Shown in pieces: positions 31,501 through 48,700 of a stretch of DNA of 64,000 bases. The notes under the pieces are model-generated. The model was not told where the DNA came from and searched no databases. It saw nothing but the letters and a program-made list of their open reading frames with translations. Positions within the stretch are counted from its first letter, which is position 1. Each line of letters begins with the position of its first letter. The stretch comes from Eledone cirrhosa (Eukaryota). The DNA is taken from the NCBI GenBank assembly GCA_964016885.1, contig OZ024741.1, positions 374,666,001-374,730,000 on the forward strand, in the 5' to 3' direction. The translations under genes and the position numbers were made by a program.

Positions 31501-34500
31501 AAATACATAACATTATGACCTATCGCAGCTCTTCTACCGCTCTCTAATATATTAGCATACATAACATTATGACCTATCGCAGCTCTTCTACCACTCTCTA
31601 ATATATTAACATACATAAAATTAAGACCTATTGCAGCTCTTCCACCACTCTCTAATATATTAGTATACATAACATTATGACCTATCGCAGCTCTTCTACC
31701 ACTCTCTAATATATTAACATACATAACATTATGACCTATCGCAGCTCTTCCACCACTCTCTAATATATTAGCATACATAACATTAAGACCTATTGCAGCT
31801 CTTCCACCACTCTCTAATATATTAACATACATAACATTAAGACCTATTGCAGCTCTTCCACCACTCTCTAATATATTAACATACATAACATTAAGACCTA
31901 TTGCAGCTCTTCCACCACTCTCTAATATATTAACATACATAACACTATGACCTATCGCAGCTCTTCTACCACTCTCTAATATATTAACATACATCACATT
32001 ATGACCTATCGCAGCTCTTCTGCCACTCTCTAATATATTAACATACATAACATTATGACCTATCGCAGCTCTTCTACCACTCTCTAATATATTAACATAC
32101 ATAACATTATGACCTATCCTAGCTCTTCTCCCACTCTCTAATATATTAACATACATAACATTAAGACCTATTGCAGCTCTTCTACCACTCTCTAATATAT
32201 TAACATACATAACATTAAGACCTATTGCAGCTCTTCTGCCACTCTCTAATATATTAACATACATAACATTAAGACCTATTGCAGCTCTTCCGCCACTCTC
32301 TAATATATTAACATACATAACATTAAGACCTATTGCAGCTCTTCCGCCACTCTCTAATATATAAACATACATAACATTAAGACCTATTGCAGCTCTTCCA
32401 CCACTCTCTAATATATTAACATACATAACACTATGACCTATCGCAGCTCTTCTCCCACTCTCTAATATATTAACATACATAACATTATGACCTATCGCAG
32501 CTCTTCTCCCACTCTCTAATATATTAACATACATAACATTAAGACCTATTGCAGCTCTTCTACCACTCTATAATATATTAACATACATAACATTAAGACC
32601 TATTGCAGCTCTTCTACCACTCTCTAATATATTAACATACATAACATTATGACCTATCGCAGCTCTTCTACCACTCTCTAATATATTAACATACATAACA
32701 TTAAGACCTATTGCAGCTCTTCTGCCACTCTCTAATATATTAACATACATAACATTAAGACCTATTGCAGCTCTTCCACCACTCTCTAATATATTAACAT
32801 ACATAACATTAAGACCTATTGCAGCTCTTCCACCACTCTCTAATATATTAACATACATAACACTATGACCTATCGCAGCTCTTCTCCCACTCTCTAATAT
32901 ATTAACATACATAACATTATGATCTATCGCAACTCTTCTCCCACTCTCTAATATATTAACATACATAACACTATGACCTATCGCAGCTCTTCTCCCACTC
33001 TCTAATATATTAACATACATAACATTATGACCTATCGCAGCTCTTCCACCACTCTCTAATATATTAACATACATAACATTAAGACCTATTGCAGCTCTTC
33101 CACCACTCTCTAATATATTAGTATACATAACATTATGACCTATCGCAGCTCTTCTACCACTCTCTAATATATTAACATACATAACATTATGACCTATCGC
33201 AGCTCTTCCACCACTCTCTAATATATTAGCATACATAACATTAAGACCTATTGCAGCTCTTCCACCACTCTCTAATATATTAGCATACATAACATTATGA
33301 CCTATCGCAGCTCTTCCACCACTCTCTAATATATTAAAATACATGACATTATGACCTATCGATAGCTCTTACACCACTCTCTAATATATTAAAATACATA
33401 ACATGATGACCTATCACAGCTCTTCTACCGCTCTCTAATATATTAGCATACATAACATTATGACCTATCGCAGCTCTTCTACCACTCTCTAATATATTAA
33501 CATACATGACATTATGACCTCTCGCAGCTCTTCCACCACTCTCTAATATATTAAAATACATGACATTATGACCTATCGCAGCTCTTCTACCACTCTCTAA
33601 TATATTAACATACATCACATTATGACCTATCGCAGCTCTTCTGCCACTCTCTAATATATTAACATACATAACATTATGACCTATAGCAGCTCTTCTGCCA
33701 CTCTCTAATATATTAACATACATAACATTATGACCTATCGCAGCTCTTCTACCACTCTCTAATATATTATCATACATAACATTATGACCTATAGCAGCTC
33801 TTCTGCCACTCTCTAATATATTAACATACATCACATTATGACCTATCGCAGCTCTTCCACCACTCTCTAATATATAATCATACATAACATTATGACCTAT
33901 TGCAGCTCTTCCACCACTCTCTAATATATTAACATACATAACATTAAGACCTATTGCAGCTCTTCTGCCACTCTCTAATATATTAACATACATAACACTA
34001 TGACCTAATGCAGCTCTTCTCCCACTCTCTAATATATTAACATACATAACATTATGACCTATCGCAGCTCTTCCACCACTCTCTAATATATAATCATACA
34101 TAACATTATGACCTATTGCAGCTCTTCCACCACTCTCTAATATATTATCATACATAACATTATGACCTATAGCAGCTCTTCTGCCACTCTCTAATATATT
34201 AACATACATCACATTATGACCTATCGCAGCTCTTCCACCACTCTCTAATGTATTAACATACATGACACTATGACCTATCGCAGCTCTTCTCCCACTCTCT
34301 AATATATTAACATACATAACATTAAGACCTATTGCAGCTCTTCTGCCACTCTCTAATATATTAACATACATAACATTAAGACCTATTGCAGCTCTTCCGC
34401 CACTCTCTAATATATTAACATACATAACATTAAGAACTATTGCAGCTCTTCCGCCACTCTCTAATATATTAACATACATAACATTAAGACCTATTGCAGC

Positions 34501-36481
34501 TCTTCCACCACTCTCTAATATATTAACATACATAACACTATGACCTAATGCAGCTCTTCTCCCACTCTCTAATATATTAACATACATAACATTATGACCT
34601 ATCGCAGCTCTTCTCCCACTCTCTAATATATTAACATACATAACACTATGACCTATCGCAGCTCTTCTCCCACTCTCTAATATATTAACATACATAACAT
34701 TATGACCTATCGCCGCTCTTCTGCCACTCTCTAATATATTAACATACATAACATTAAGACCTATTGCAGCTCTTCTACCACTCTATAATATATTAACATA
34801 CATAACTTTAAGACCTATTGCAGCTCTTCTACCACTCTCTAATATATTAACATACATAACATTATGACCTATCGCAGCTCTTCTACCACTCTCTAATATA
34901 TTAACATACATAACATTAAGACCTATTGCAGCTCTTCTGCCACTCTCTAATATATTAACATACATAACATTAAGACCTATTGCAGCTCTTCCACCACTCT
35001 CTAATATATTAACATACATAACATTAAGACCTATTGCAGCTCTTCCATCACTCTCTAATATATTAACATACATAACACTATGACCTATCGCAGCTCTTCT
35101 CCCACTCTCTAATATATTAACATACATAACATTATGATCTATCGCAACTCTTCTCCCACTCTCTAATATATTAACATACATAACACTATGACCTATCGCA
35201 GCTCTTCTCCTACTCTCTAATATATTAACATACATAACATTATGACCTATCGCAGCTCTTCTCCCACTCTCTAATATATTAACATACATAACATTATGAC
35301 CTATCGCAGCTCTTCCACCACTCTCTAATATATTAGCATACATAACATTAAGACCTATTGCAGCTCTTCCACCACTCTCTAATATATTAGCATACATAAC
35401 ATTATGACCTATCGCAGCTCTTCCACCACTCTCTAATATATTAAAATACATAACATTATGACCTATCGCAGCTCTTCTACCGCTCTCTAATATATTAGCA
35501 TACATAACATTATGACCTATCGCAGCTCTTCTACCACTCTCTAATATATTAACATACATAAAATTAAGACCTATTGCAGCTCTTCCACCACTCTCTAATA
35601 TATTAGTATACATAACATTATGACCTATCGCAGCTCTTCTACCACTCTCTAATATATTAACATACATAACATTATGACCTATCGCAGCTCTTCCACCACT
35701 CTCTAATATATTAGCATACATAACATTAAGACCTATTGCAGCTCTTCCACCACTCTCTAATATATTAACATACATAACATTAAGACCTATTGCAGCTCTT
35801 CCACCACTCTCTAATATATTAACATACATAACATTAAGACCTATTGCAGCTCTTCCACCACTCTCTAATATATTAACATACATAACACTATGACCTATCG
35901 CAGCTCTTCTACCACTCTCTAATATATTAACATACATCACATTATGACCTATCGCAGCTCTTCTGCCACTCTCTAATATATTAACATACATAACATTATG
36001 ACCTATCGCAGCTCTTCTACCACTCTCTAATATATTAACATACATAACATTATGACCTATCCTAGCTCTTCTCCCACTCTCTAATATATTAACATACATA
36101 ACATTAAGACCTATTGCAGCTCTTCTACCACTCTCTAATATATTAACATACATAACATTAAGACCTATTGCAGCTCTTCTGCCACTCTCTAATATATTAA
36201 CATACATAACATTAAGACCTATTGCAGCTCTTCCGCCACTCTCTAATATATTAACATACATAACATTAAGACCTATTGCAGCTCTTCCGCCACTCTCTAA
36301 TATATAAACATACATAACATTAAGACCTATTGCAGCTCTTCCACCACTCTCTAATATATTAACATACATAACACTATGACCTATCGCAGCTCTTCTCCCA
36401 CTCTCTAATATATTAACATACATAACATTATGACCTATCGCAGCTCTTCTCCCACTCTCTAATATATTAACATACATAACA
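28516..36481. repeat. Higher-order tandem duplication, period 3,943 bp (73 monomers + 1 bp)
   Basis: ORF boundaries 28625/32568, 29406/33349 and 30840/34783 all differ by 3943, with apparently identical translations. The ATCGAT monomer sits at 29419/33362. Confidence 0.93.
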
Positions 36482-36799
36482 CTATGACCTATCGCAGCTC
36501 TTCTCCCACTCTCTAATATATTAACATACATAACACTATGACCTATCGCAGCTCTTCTCCCACTCTCTAATATATTAACATACATAACATTATGACCTAT
36601 CGCAGCTCTTCTCCCACTCTCTAATATATTAACATACATAACATTATGACCTATCGCAGCTCTTCTCCCACTCTCTAATATATTAACATACATAACATTA
36701 TGACCTATCGCAGTTCTTCCACCAATCTCTAATATATTAACGTACATAACATTAAGACCTATCGCAGCTCTTCTGCCACTCTCTAATATATTAACATAC

Positions 36800-39700
36800 A
36801 TAACATTAAGACCTATTGCAGCTCTTCCACCACTCTCTAATATATTAACATACATAACATTAAGACCTATTGCAGCTCTTCCACCACTCTCTAATGTATT
36901 AACATACATAACACTATGACCTATCGCAGCTCTTCTCCCACTCTCTAATATATTAACATACATATCATTATGACCTATCGCAGCTCTTCCACCACTCTCT
37001 AATATATTAGCATACATAACATTATGACCTATCGCAGCTCTTCTACCACTCTCTAATATATTAACATACATGACATTATGACCTATCGACAGCTCTTCCA
37101 CCACTCTCTAATATATTAACATACATAACATTATGACCTATCGCAGCTCTTCCACCACTCTCTAATATATTAACATACATAACATTAAGACCTATTGCAG
37201 CTCTTCCACCACTCTCTAATATATTAGTATACATAACATTATGACCTATCGCAGCTCTTCTACCACTCTCTAATGTTTTAACATACATAACATTATGACC
37301 TATCGCAGCTCTTCCACCACTCTCTAATATATTAGCATACATAACATTATGACCTATCGCAGCTCTTCTGCCACTCTCTAATATATTAACATACATAACA
37401 TTATGACCTATCGCAGCTCTTCTCCCACTCTCTAATATATTAACATACATAACATTATGACCTATCGCAGCTCTTCTGCCACTCTCTATTATATTAACAT
37501 ACATAACATTATGACCTATCGCAGCTCTTCTACCACTCTCTAATATATTAACATACATGACATTATGACCTATCGCAGCTCTGCCACCACTCTCTAATAT
37601 ATTAACATACATAACATTATGACCTATCGCAGCTCTTCCACCACTCTCTAATATATTAAAATACATGACATTATGACCTATCGCAGCTCTTCTGCCACTC
37701 TCTAATATATTAACATACATAATATTATGACCTATAGCAGCTCTTCTGCCACTCTCTAATATATTAACATACATAACATTATGACCTATCGCAGCTCTTC
37801 CACCACTCTCTAATATATTAACATACATGGCATTAAGAGCTATTGCAGCTCTTCTACCACTCTCTAATATATTAACATACATAACATTATGACCTATCGC
37901 AGCTCTTCCACCACTCTCTAATATATTAACATACATGACATTAAGAGCTATTGCAGCTCTTCTACCACTCTCTAATATATTAACATACATAACATTAAGA
38001 CCTATTGCAGCTCTTCCACCACTCTCTAATATATTAACATACATAACATTATGACCTATCGCAGCTCTTCTGTCAATCTCTAATATATTAACATACATAA
38101 CATTATGACCTATCGCAGCTCTTCTCCCACTCTCTAATATATTAACATACATAACATTAAGACCTATTGCAGCTCTTCTACCACTCTATAATATATTAAC
38201 ATACATAACATTAAGACCTATTGCAGCTCTTCTACCACTCTCTAATATATTAACATACATAACATTATGACCTATCGCAGCTCTTCTACCACTCTCTAAT
38301 ATATTAACATACATAACATTAAGACCTATTGCAGCTCTTCTGCCACTCTCTAATATATTAACATACATAACATTAAGACCTATTGCAGCTCTTCCACCAC
38401 TCTCTAATATATTAACATACATAACATTAAGACCTATTGCAGCTCTTCCACCACTCTCTAATATATTAACATACATAACACTATGACCTATCGCAGCTCT
38501 TCTCCCACTCTCTAATATATTAACATACATAACATTATGATCTATCGCAACTCTTCTCCCACTCTCTAATATATTAACATACATAACACTATGACCTATC
38601 GCAGCTCTTCTCCCACTCTCTAATATATTAACATACATAACATTATGACCTATCGCAGCTCTTCCACCACTCTCTAATATATTAACATACATAACATTAA
38701 GACCTATTGCAGCTCTTCCACCACTCTCTAATATATTAGTATACATAACATTATGACCTATCGCAGCTCTTCTACCACTCTCTAATATATTAACATACAT
38801 AACATTATGACCTATCGCAGCTCTTCCACCACTCTCTAATATATTAGCATACATAACATTAAGACCTATTGCAGCTCTTCCACCACTCTCTAATATATTA
38901 GCATACATAACATTATGACCTATCGCAGCTCTTCCACCACTCTCTAATATATTAAAATACATGACATTATGACCTATCGATAGCTCTTACACCACTCTCT
39001 AATATATTAAAATACATAACATGATGACCTATCACAGCTCTTCTACCGCTCTCTAATATATTAGCATACATAACATTATGACCTATCGCAGCTCTTCTAC
39101 CACTCTCTAATATATTAACATACATGACATTATGACCTCTCGCAGCTCTTCCACCACTCTCTAATATATTAAAATACATGACATTATGACCTATCGCAGC
39201 TCTTCTACCACTCTCTAATATATTAACATACATCACATTATGACCTATCGCAGCTCTTCTGCCACTCTCTAATATATTAACATACATAACATTATGACCT
39301 ATAGCAGCTCTTCTGCCACTCTCTAATATATTAACATACATAACATTATGACCTATCGCAGCTCTTCTACCACTCTCTAATATATTATCATACATAACAT
39401 TATGACCTATAGCAGCTCTTCTGCCACTCTCTAATATATTAACATACATCACATTATGACCTATCGCAGCTCTTCCACCACTCTCTAATATATAATCATA
39501 CATAACATTATGACCTATTGCAGCTCTTCCACCACTCTCTAATATATTAACATACATAACATTAAGACCTATTGCAGCTCTTCCACCACTCTCTAATGTA
39601 TTAACATACATGACACTATGACCTATCGCAGCTCTTCTCCCACTCTCTAATATATTAACATACATAACATTATGACCTATCGCAGCTCTTCCACCACTCT

Positions 39701-42700
39701 CTAATATATTAGCATACATAACATTATGACCTATCGCAGCTCTTCTACCACTCTCTAATATATTAACATACATGACATTATGACCTATCGACAGCTCTTC
39801 CACCACTCTCTAATATATTAACATACATAACATTATGACCTATCGCAGCTCTTCCACCACTCTCTAATATATTAACATACATAACATTAAGACCTATTGC
39901 AGCTCTTCCACCACTCTCTAATATATTAGTATACATAACATTATGACCTATCGCAGCTCTTCTACCACTCTCTAATGTTTTAACATACATAACATTATGA
40001 CCTATCGCAGCTCTTCCACCACTCTCTAATATATTAGCATACATAACATTATGACCTATCGCAGCTCTTCTGCCACTCTCTAATATATTAACATACATAA
40101 CATTATGACCTATCGCAGCTCTTCTCCCACTCTCTAATATATTAACATACATAACATTATGACCTATCGCAGCTCTTCTGCCACTCTCTAATATATTAAC
40201 ATACATAACATTATGACCTATCGCAGCTCTTCTGCCACTCTCTAATATATTAACATACATAACATTATGACCTATCGCAGCTCTTCTGCCACTCTCTATT
40301 ATATTAACATACATAACATTATGACCTATCGCAGCTCTTCTACCACTCTCTAATATATTAACATACATGACATTATGACCTATCGCAGCTCTGCCACCAC
40401 TCTCTAATATATTAACATACATAACATTATGACCTATCGCAGCTCTTCCACCACTCTCTAATATATTAAAATACATGACATTATGACCTATCGCAGCTCT
40501 TCTGCCACTCTCTAATATATTAACATACATAATATTATGACCTATAGCAGCTCTTCTGCCACTCTCTAATATATTAACATACATAACATTATGACCTATC
40601 GCAGCTCTTCCACCACTCTCTAATATATTAACATACATGACATTAAGAGCTATTGCAGCTCTTCTACCACTCTCTAATATATTAACATACATAACATTAT
40701 GACCTATCGCAGCTCTTCCACCACTCTCTAATATATTAACATACATGACATTAAGAGCTATTGCAGCTCTTCTACCACTCTCTAATATATTAACATACAT
40801 AACATTAAGACCTATTGCAGCTCTTCCACCACTCTCTAATATATTAACATACATAACATTATGACCTATCGCAGCTCTTCTGTCAATCTCTAATATATTA
40901 ACATACATAACATTATGACCTTTCGCAGCTCTTCTCCCACTCTCTAATATATTAACATACATAACATTAAGACCTATTGCAGCTCTTCTACCACTCTATA
41001 ATATATTAACATACATAACATTAAGACCTATTGCAGCTCTTCTACCACTCTCTAATATATTAACATACATAACATTATGACCTATCGCAGCTCTTCTACC
41101 ACTCTCTAATATATTAACATACATAACATTAAGACCTATTGCAGCTCTTCTGCCACTCTCTAATATATTAACATACATAACATTAAGACCTATTGCAGCT
41201 CTTCCACCACTCTCTAATATATTAACATACATAACATTAAGACCTATTGCAGCTCTTCCACCACTCTCTAATATATTAACATACATAACACTATGACCTA
41301 TCGCAACTCTTCTCCCACTCTCTAATATATTAACATACATAACATTATGATCTATCGCAACTCTTCTCCCACTCTCTAATATATTAACATACATAACACT
41401 ATGACCTATCGCAGCTCTTCTCCCACTCTCTAATATATTAACATACATAACATTATGACCTATCGCAGCTCTTCCACCACTCTCTAATATATTAACATAC
41501 ATAACATTAAGACCTATTGCAGCTCTTCCACCACTCTCTAATATATTAGTATACATAACATTATGACCTATCGCAGCTCTTCTACCACTCTCTAATATAT
41601 TAACATACATAACATTATGACCTATCGCAGCTCTTCCACCACTCTCTAATATATTAGCATACATAACATTAAGACCTATTGCAGCTCTTCCACCACTCTC
41701 TAATATATTAGCATACATAACATTATGACCTATCGCAGCTCTTCCACCACTCTCTAATATATTAAAATACATGACATTATGACCTATCGATAGCTCTTAC
41801 ACCAGTCTCTAATATATTAAAATACATAACATGATGACCTATCACAGCTCTTCTACCGCTCTCTAATATATTAGCATACATAACATTATGACCTATCGCA
41901 GCTCTTCTACCACTCTCTAATATATTAACATACATGACATTATGACCTCTCGCAGCTCTTCCACCACTCTCTAATATATTAAAATACATGACATTATGAC
42001 CTATCGCAGCTCTTCTACCACTCTCTAATATATTAACATACATCACATTATGACCTATCGCAGCTCTTCTGCCACTCTCTAATATATTAACATACATAAC
42101 ATTATGACCTATAGCAGCTCTTCTGCCACTCTCTAATATATTAACATACATAACATTATGACCTATCGCAGCTCTACTACCACTCTCTAATATATTATCA
42201 TACATAACATTATGACCTATAGCAGCTCTTCTGCCACTCTCTAATATATTAACATACATCACATTATGACCTATCGCAGCTCTTCCACCACTCTCTAATA
42301 TATAATCATACATAACATTATGACCTATTGCAGCTCTTCCACCACTCTCTAATATATTAACATACATAACATTAAGACCTATTGCAGCTCTTCCACCACT
42401 CTCTAATGTATTAACATACATAACACTATGACCTATCGCAGCTCTTCTCCCACTCTCTAATATATTAACATACATAACATTATGACCTATCGCAGCTCTT
42501 CCACCACTCTCTAATATATTAGCATACATAACATTATGACCTATCGCAGCTCTTCTACCACTCTCTAATATATTAACATACATGACATTATGACCTATCG
42601 ACAGCTCTTCCACCACTCTCTAATATATTAACATACATAACATTATGACCTATCGCAGCTCTTCCACCACTCTCTAATATATTAACATACATAACATTAA

Positions 42701-42760
42701 GACCTATTGCAGCTCTTCCACCACTCTCTAATATATTAGTATACATAACATTATGACCTA
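36800..42760. repeat. Higher-order duplication, period 2,810 bp (52 monomers + 2 bp; 2,702 bp left of a 2-monomer indel)
   Basis: ORF boundaries 38186/40996, 38967/41777 and 39778/42588 differ by 2810. 37076/39778 differ by 2702. Boundaries are approximate. Confidence 0.88.
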
Positions 42761-45700
42761 TCGCAGATCTTCTACCACTCTCTAATATTTTAACATACAT
42801 AACATTATGACCTATCGCAGCTCTTCCACCACTCTCTAATATATTAGCATACATAACATTATGACCTATCGCAGCTCTTCTGCCACTCTCTAATATATTA
42901 ACATGCATAACATTATGACCTATCGCAGCTCTCCTCCCACTCTCTAATATATTAACATACATAACATTATGACCTATCGCAGCTCTTCTGCCACTCTCTA
43001 ATATATTAACATACATAACATTATGACCTATCGCAGCTCTTCTGCCACTCTCTATTATATTAACATACATAACATTATGACCTATCGCAGCTCTTCTACC
43101 ACTCTCTAATATATTAACATACATGACATTATGACCTATCGCAGCTCTGCCACCACTCTCTAATATATTAACATACATAACATTATGACCTATCGCAGCT
43201 CTTCCACCACTCTCTAATATATTAAAATACATGACATTATGACCTATCGCAGCTCTTCTACCACTCTCTAATATATTAACATACATCACATTATGACCTA
43301 TCGCAGCTCTTCTGCCACTCTCTAATATATTAACATACATAACATTATGAACTATAGCAGCTCTTCTGCCACTCTCTAATATATTAACATACATAACATT
43401 ATGACCTATCGCAGCTCTTCCACCACTCTCTAATATATTAACATACATGACATTAAGAGCTATTGCAGCTCTTCTACCACTCTCTAATATATTAACATAC
43501 ATAACATTATGACCTATCGCAGCTCTTCCACCACTCTATAATATATTAACATACATGACATTAAGAGCTATTGCAGCTCTTCTACCACTCTCTAATATAT
43601 TAACATACATAACATTAAGACCTATTGCAGCTCTTCCACCACTCTCTAATATATTAACATACATAACATTATGACCTATCGCAGCTCTTCTGTCACTCTC
43701 TAATATATTAACATACATAACATTATGACATATCGCAGCTCTTCTCCCACTCTCTAATATATTAACATACATAACATTAAGACCTATTGCAGCTCTTCTA
43801 CCACTCTATAATATATTAACATACATAACATTAAGACCTATTGCAGCTCTTCTACCCCTCTCTAATATATTAACATACATAACATTATGACCTATCGCAG
43901 CTCTTCTACCACTCTCTAATATGTTAACATACATAACATTAAGACCTATTGCAGCTCTTCTGCCACTCTCTAATATATTAACATACATAACATTAAGACC
44001 TATTGCAGCTCTTCCACCACTCTCTAATATATTAACATACATAACATTAAGACCTATTTCAGCTCTTACACCACTCTCTAATATATTAACATACATAACA
44101 CTATGACCTATCGCAGCTCTTCTCCCACTCTCTAATATATTAACATACATAACATTATGATCTATCGCAGCTCTTCTCCCACTCTCTAATATATTAACAT
44201 ACATAACACTATGACCTATCGCAGCTCTTCTCCCACTCTCTAATATATTAACATACATAACATTATGACCTATCGCAGCTCTTCTCCTACTCTCTAATAT
44301 ATTAACATACATAACATTATGACCTATCGCAGCTCTTCCACCACTCTCTAATATATTAACATACATAACATTAAGACCTATTGCAGCTCTTCCACCACTC
44401 TCTAATATATTAGTATACATAACATTATGACCTATCGCAGCTCTTCTACCACTCTCTAATATATTAACATACATAACATTATGACCTATCGCAGCTCTTC
44501 CACCACTCACTAATATATTAGCATACATAACATTAAGACCTATTGCAGCTCTTCCACCACTCTCTAATATATTAGCATACATAACATTATGACCTATCGA
44601 TAGCTCTTCCACCACTCTCTAATATATTAAAATACATAACATTATGACCTATCGCAGCTCTTCTACCGCTCTCTAATATATTAGCATACATAACATTATG
44701 ACCTATCGCAGCTCTTCTACCACTCTCTAATATATTAACATACATGACATTATGATCTCTCGCAGCTCTTCCACCACTCTCTAATATATTAAAATACATG
44801 ACATTATGACCCATCGCAGCTCTTCTACCACTCTCTAATATATTAACATACATAACATTATGACCTATCGCAGCTCTTCCACCACTCTCTAATATATTAA
44901 CATACATGACATTAAGAGCTATTGCAGCTCTTCTACCACTCTCTAATATATTAACATACATCACATTATGACCTATCGCAGCTCTTCTGCCACTCTCTAA
45001 TATATTAACATACATAACATTATGACCTATAGCAGCTCTTCTGCCACTCTCTAATATATTAACATACATAACATTATGACCTATCGCAGCTCTTCTACCA
45101 CTCTCTAATATATTATCATACATAACATTATGACCTATAGCAGCTCTTCTGCCACTCTCTAATATATTAACATACATCACATTATGACCTATCGCAGCTC
45201 TTCCACCACTCTCTATTACATTAACATACATGACATTAAGAGCTATTGCAGCTCTTCTACCACTCTCTAATATATTAACATACATAACATTAAGACCTAT
45301 TGCAGCTCTTCTACCACTCTCTAATATATTAACATACATAACATTATGACCTATCGCAGCTGTTCTGTCACTCTCTGATATATTAACATACATAACATTA
45401 TGACCTATCCCAGCTCTTCTCCCACTCTCTAATATATTAACATACATAACATTAAGACCTATTGCAGCTCTTCTACCACTCTCTAATATATTAACATACA
45501 TAACATTAAGACATATTGCAGCTCTTCTGCCACTCTCTAATATATTAACATACATAACATTAAGACCTATTGCAGCTCTTCCGCCACTCTCTAATATATT
45601 AACATACATAACATTAAGACCTATTGCAGCTCTTCCGCCACTCTCTAATATATAAACATACATAACATTAAGACCTATTGCAGCTCTTCCACCACTCTCT

Positions 45701-48700
45701 AATATATTAACATACATAACACTATGACCTATCGCAGCTCTTCTCCCACTCTCTAATATATTAACATACATAACATTATGACCTATCGCAGCTCTTCTCC
45801 CACGCTCTAATATATTAACATACATAACACTATGACCTATCGCAGCTCTTCTCCCACTCTCTAATATATTAACATACATAACACTATGACCTATCGCAGC
45901 TCTTCTCCCACTCTCTAATATATTAACATACATAACATTATGACCTATCGCAGCTCTTCTCCCACTCTCTAATATATTAACATACATGACATTATGACCT
46001 ATCGACAGCTCTTCCACCACTCTCTAATATATTAACATACATAACATTATAACCTATCGCAGCTCTTCCACCACTCTCTAATATATTAACATACATAAAA
46101 TTAAGACCTATTGCAGCTCTTCCACCACTCTCTAATATATTAGTATACATAACATTATGACCTATCGCAGCTCTTCTACCACTCTCTAATATTTTAACAT
46201 ACATAACATTATGACCTATCGCAGCTCTTCCACCACTCTCTAATATATTAGCATACATAACATTAAGACCTATTGCAGCTCTTCCACCACTCTCTAATAT
46301 ATTAGCATACATAACATTATGACCTATCGCAGCTCTTCTGCCACTCTCTAATATATTAACATACATAACATTATGACCTATCGCAGCTCTTCTGCCACTC
46401 TCTAATATATTAACATACATAACATTATGACCTATCGCAGCTCTTCTGCCACTCTCTAATATATTAACATACATAACATTAAGACCTATTGCAGCTCTTC
46501 CACCACTCTCTAATATATTAGCATACATAACATTATGACCTATCGCAGCTCTTCTACCACTCTCTAATATATTAACATACATAACATTATGATCTATCGC
46601 AGCTCTTCTGCCACTCTCTAATATATTAACATACATCACATTATGACCTATCGCAGCTCTTCCACCACTCTCTATTACATTAACATACATGACATTAAGA
46701 GCTATTGCAGCTCTTCTACCACTCTCTAATATATTAACATACATAACATTAAGACCTATTGCAGCTCTTCTACCACTCTCTAATATATTAACATACATAA
46801 CATTATGACCTATCGCAGCTCTTCTGTCACTCTCTGATATATTAACATACATAACATTATGACCTATCCCAGCTCTTCTCCCACTCTCTAATATATTAAC
46901 ATACATAACATTAAGACCTATTGCAGCTCTTCTACCACTCTCTAATATATTAACATACATAACATTAAGACATATTGCAGCTCTTCTGCCACTCTCTAAT
47001 ATATTAACATACATAACATTAAGACCTATTGCAGCTCTTCCGCCACTCTCTAATATATTAACATACATAACATTAAGACCTATTGCAGCTCTTCCGCCAC
47101 TCTCTAATATATAAACATACATAACATTAAGACCTATTGCAGCTCTTCCACCACTCTCTAATATATTAACATACATAACACTATGACCTATCGCAGCTCT
47201 TCTCCCACTCTCTAATATATTAACATACATAACATTATGACCTATCGCAGCTCTTCTCCCACGCTCTAATATATTAACATACATAACACTATGACCTATC
47301 GCAGCTCTTCTCCCACTCTCTAATATATTAACATACATAACATTAAGACCTATTGCAGCTCTTCTACCACTCTATAATATATTAACATACATAACATTAA
47401 GACATATCGCAGCTCTTCTCCCACTCTCTAATATATTAACATACATAACATTAAGACCTATTGCAGCTCTTCTACCACTCTATAATATATTAACATACAT
47501 AACATTAAGACCTATTGCAGCTCTTCTACCCCTCTCTAATATATTAACATACATAACATTATGACCTATCGCAGCTCTTCTACCACTCTCTAATATGTTA
47601 ACATACATAACATTAAGACCTATTGCAGCTCTTCTGCCACTCTCTAATATATTAACATACATAACATTAAGACCTATTGCAGCTCTTCCACCACTCTCTA
47701 ATATATTAACATACATAACATTAAGACCTATTGCAGCTCTTACACCACTCTCTAATATATTAACATACATAACACTATGACCTATCGCAGCTCTTCTCCC
47801 ACTCTCTAATATATTAACATACATAACATTATGATCTATCGCAGCTCTTCTCCCACTCTCTAATATATTAACATACATAACACTATGACCTATCGCAGCT
47901 CTTCTCCCACTCTCTAATATATTAACATACATAACATTATGACCTATCGCAGCTCTTCTCCTACTCTCTAATATATTAACATACATAACATTATGACCTA
48001 TCGCAGCTCTTCCACCACTCTCTAATATATTAACATACATAACATTAAGACCTATTGCAGCTCTTCCACCACTCTCTAATATATTAGTATACATAACATT
48101 ATGACCTATCGCAGCTCTTCTACCACTCTCTAATATATTAACATACATAACATTATGACCTATCGCAGCTCTTCCACCACTCTCTAATATATTAACATAC
48201 ATGACATTAAGAGCTATTGCAGCTCTTCTACCACTCTCTAATATATTAACATACATCACATTATGACCTATCGCAGCTCTTCTGCCACTCTCTAATATAT
48301 TAACATACATAACATTATGACCTATAGCAGCTCTTCTGCCACTCTCTAATATATTAACATACATAACATTATGACCTATCGCAGCTCTTCTACCACTCTC
48401 TAATATATTATCATACATAACATTATGACCTATAGCAGCTCTTCCACCACTCTCTAATATATTAACATACATCACATTATGACCTATCGCAGCTCTTCCA
48501 CCACTCTCTATTACATTAACATACATGACATTAAGAGCTATTGCAGCTCTTCTACCACTCTCTAATATATTAACATACATAACATTAAGACCTATTGCAG
48601 CTCTTCTACCACTCTCTAATATATTAACATACATAACATTATGACCTATCGCAGCTCTTCTGTCACTCTCTGATATATTAACATACATAACATTATGACC

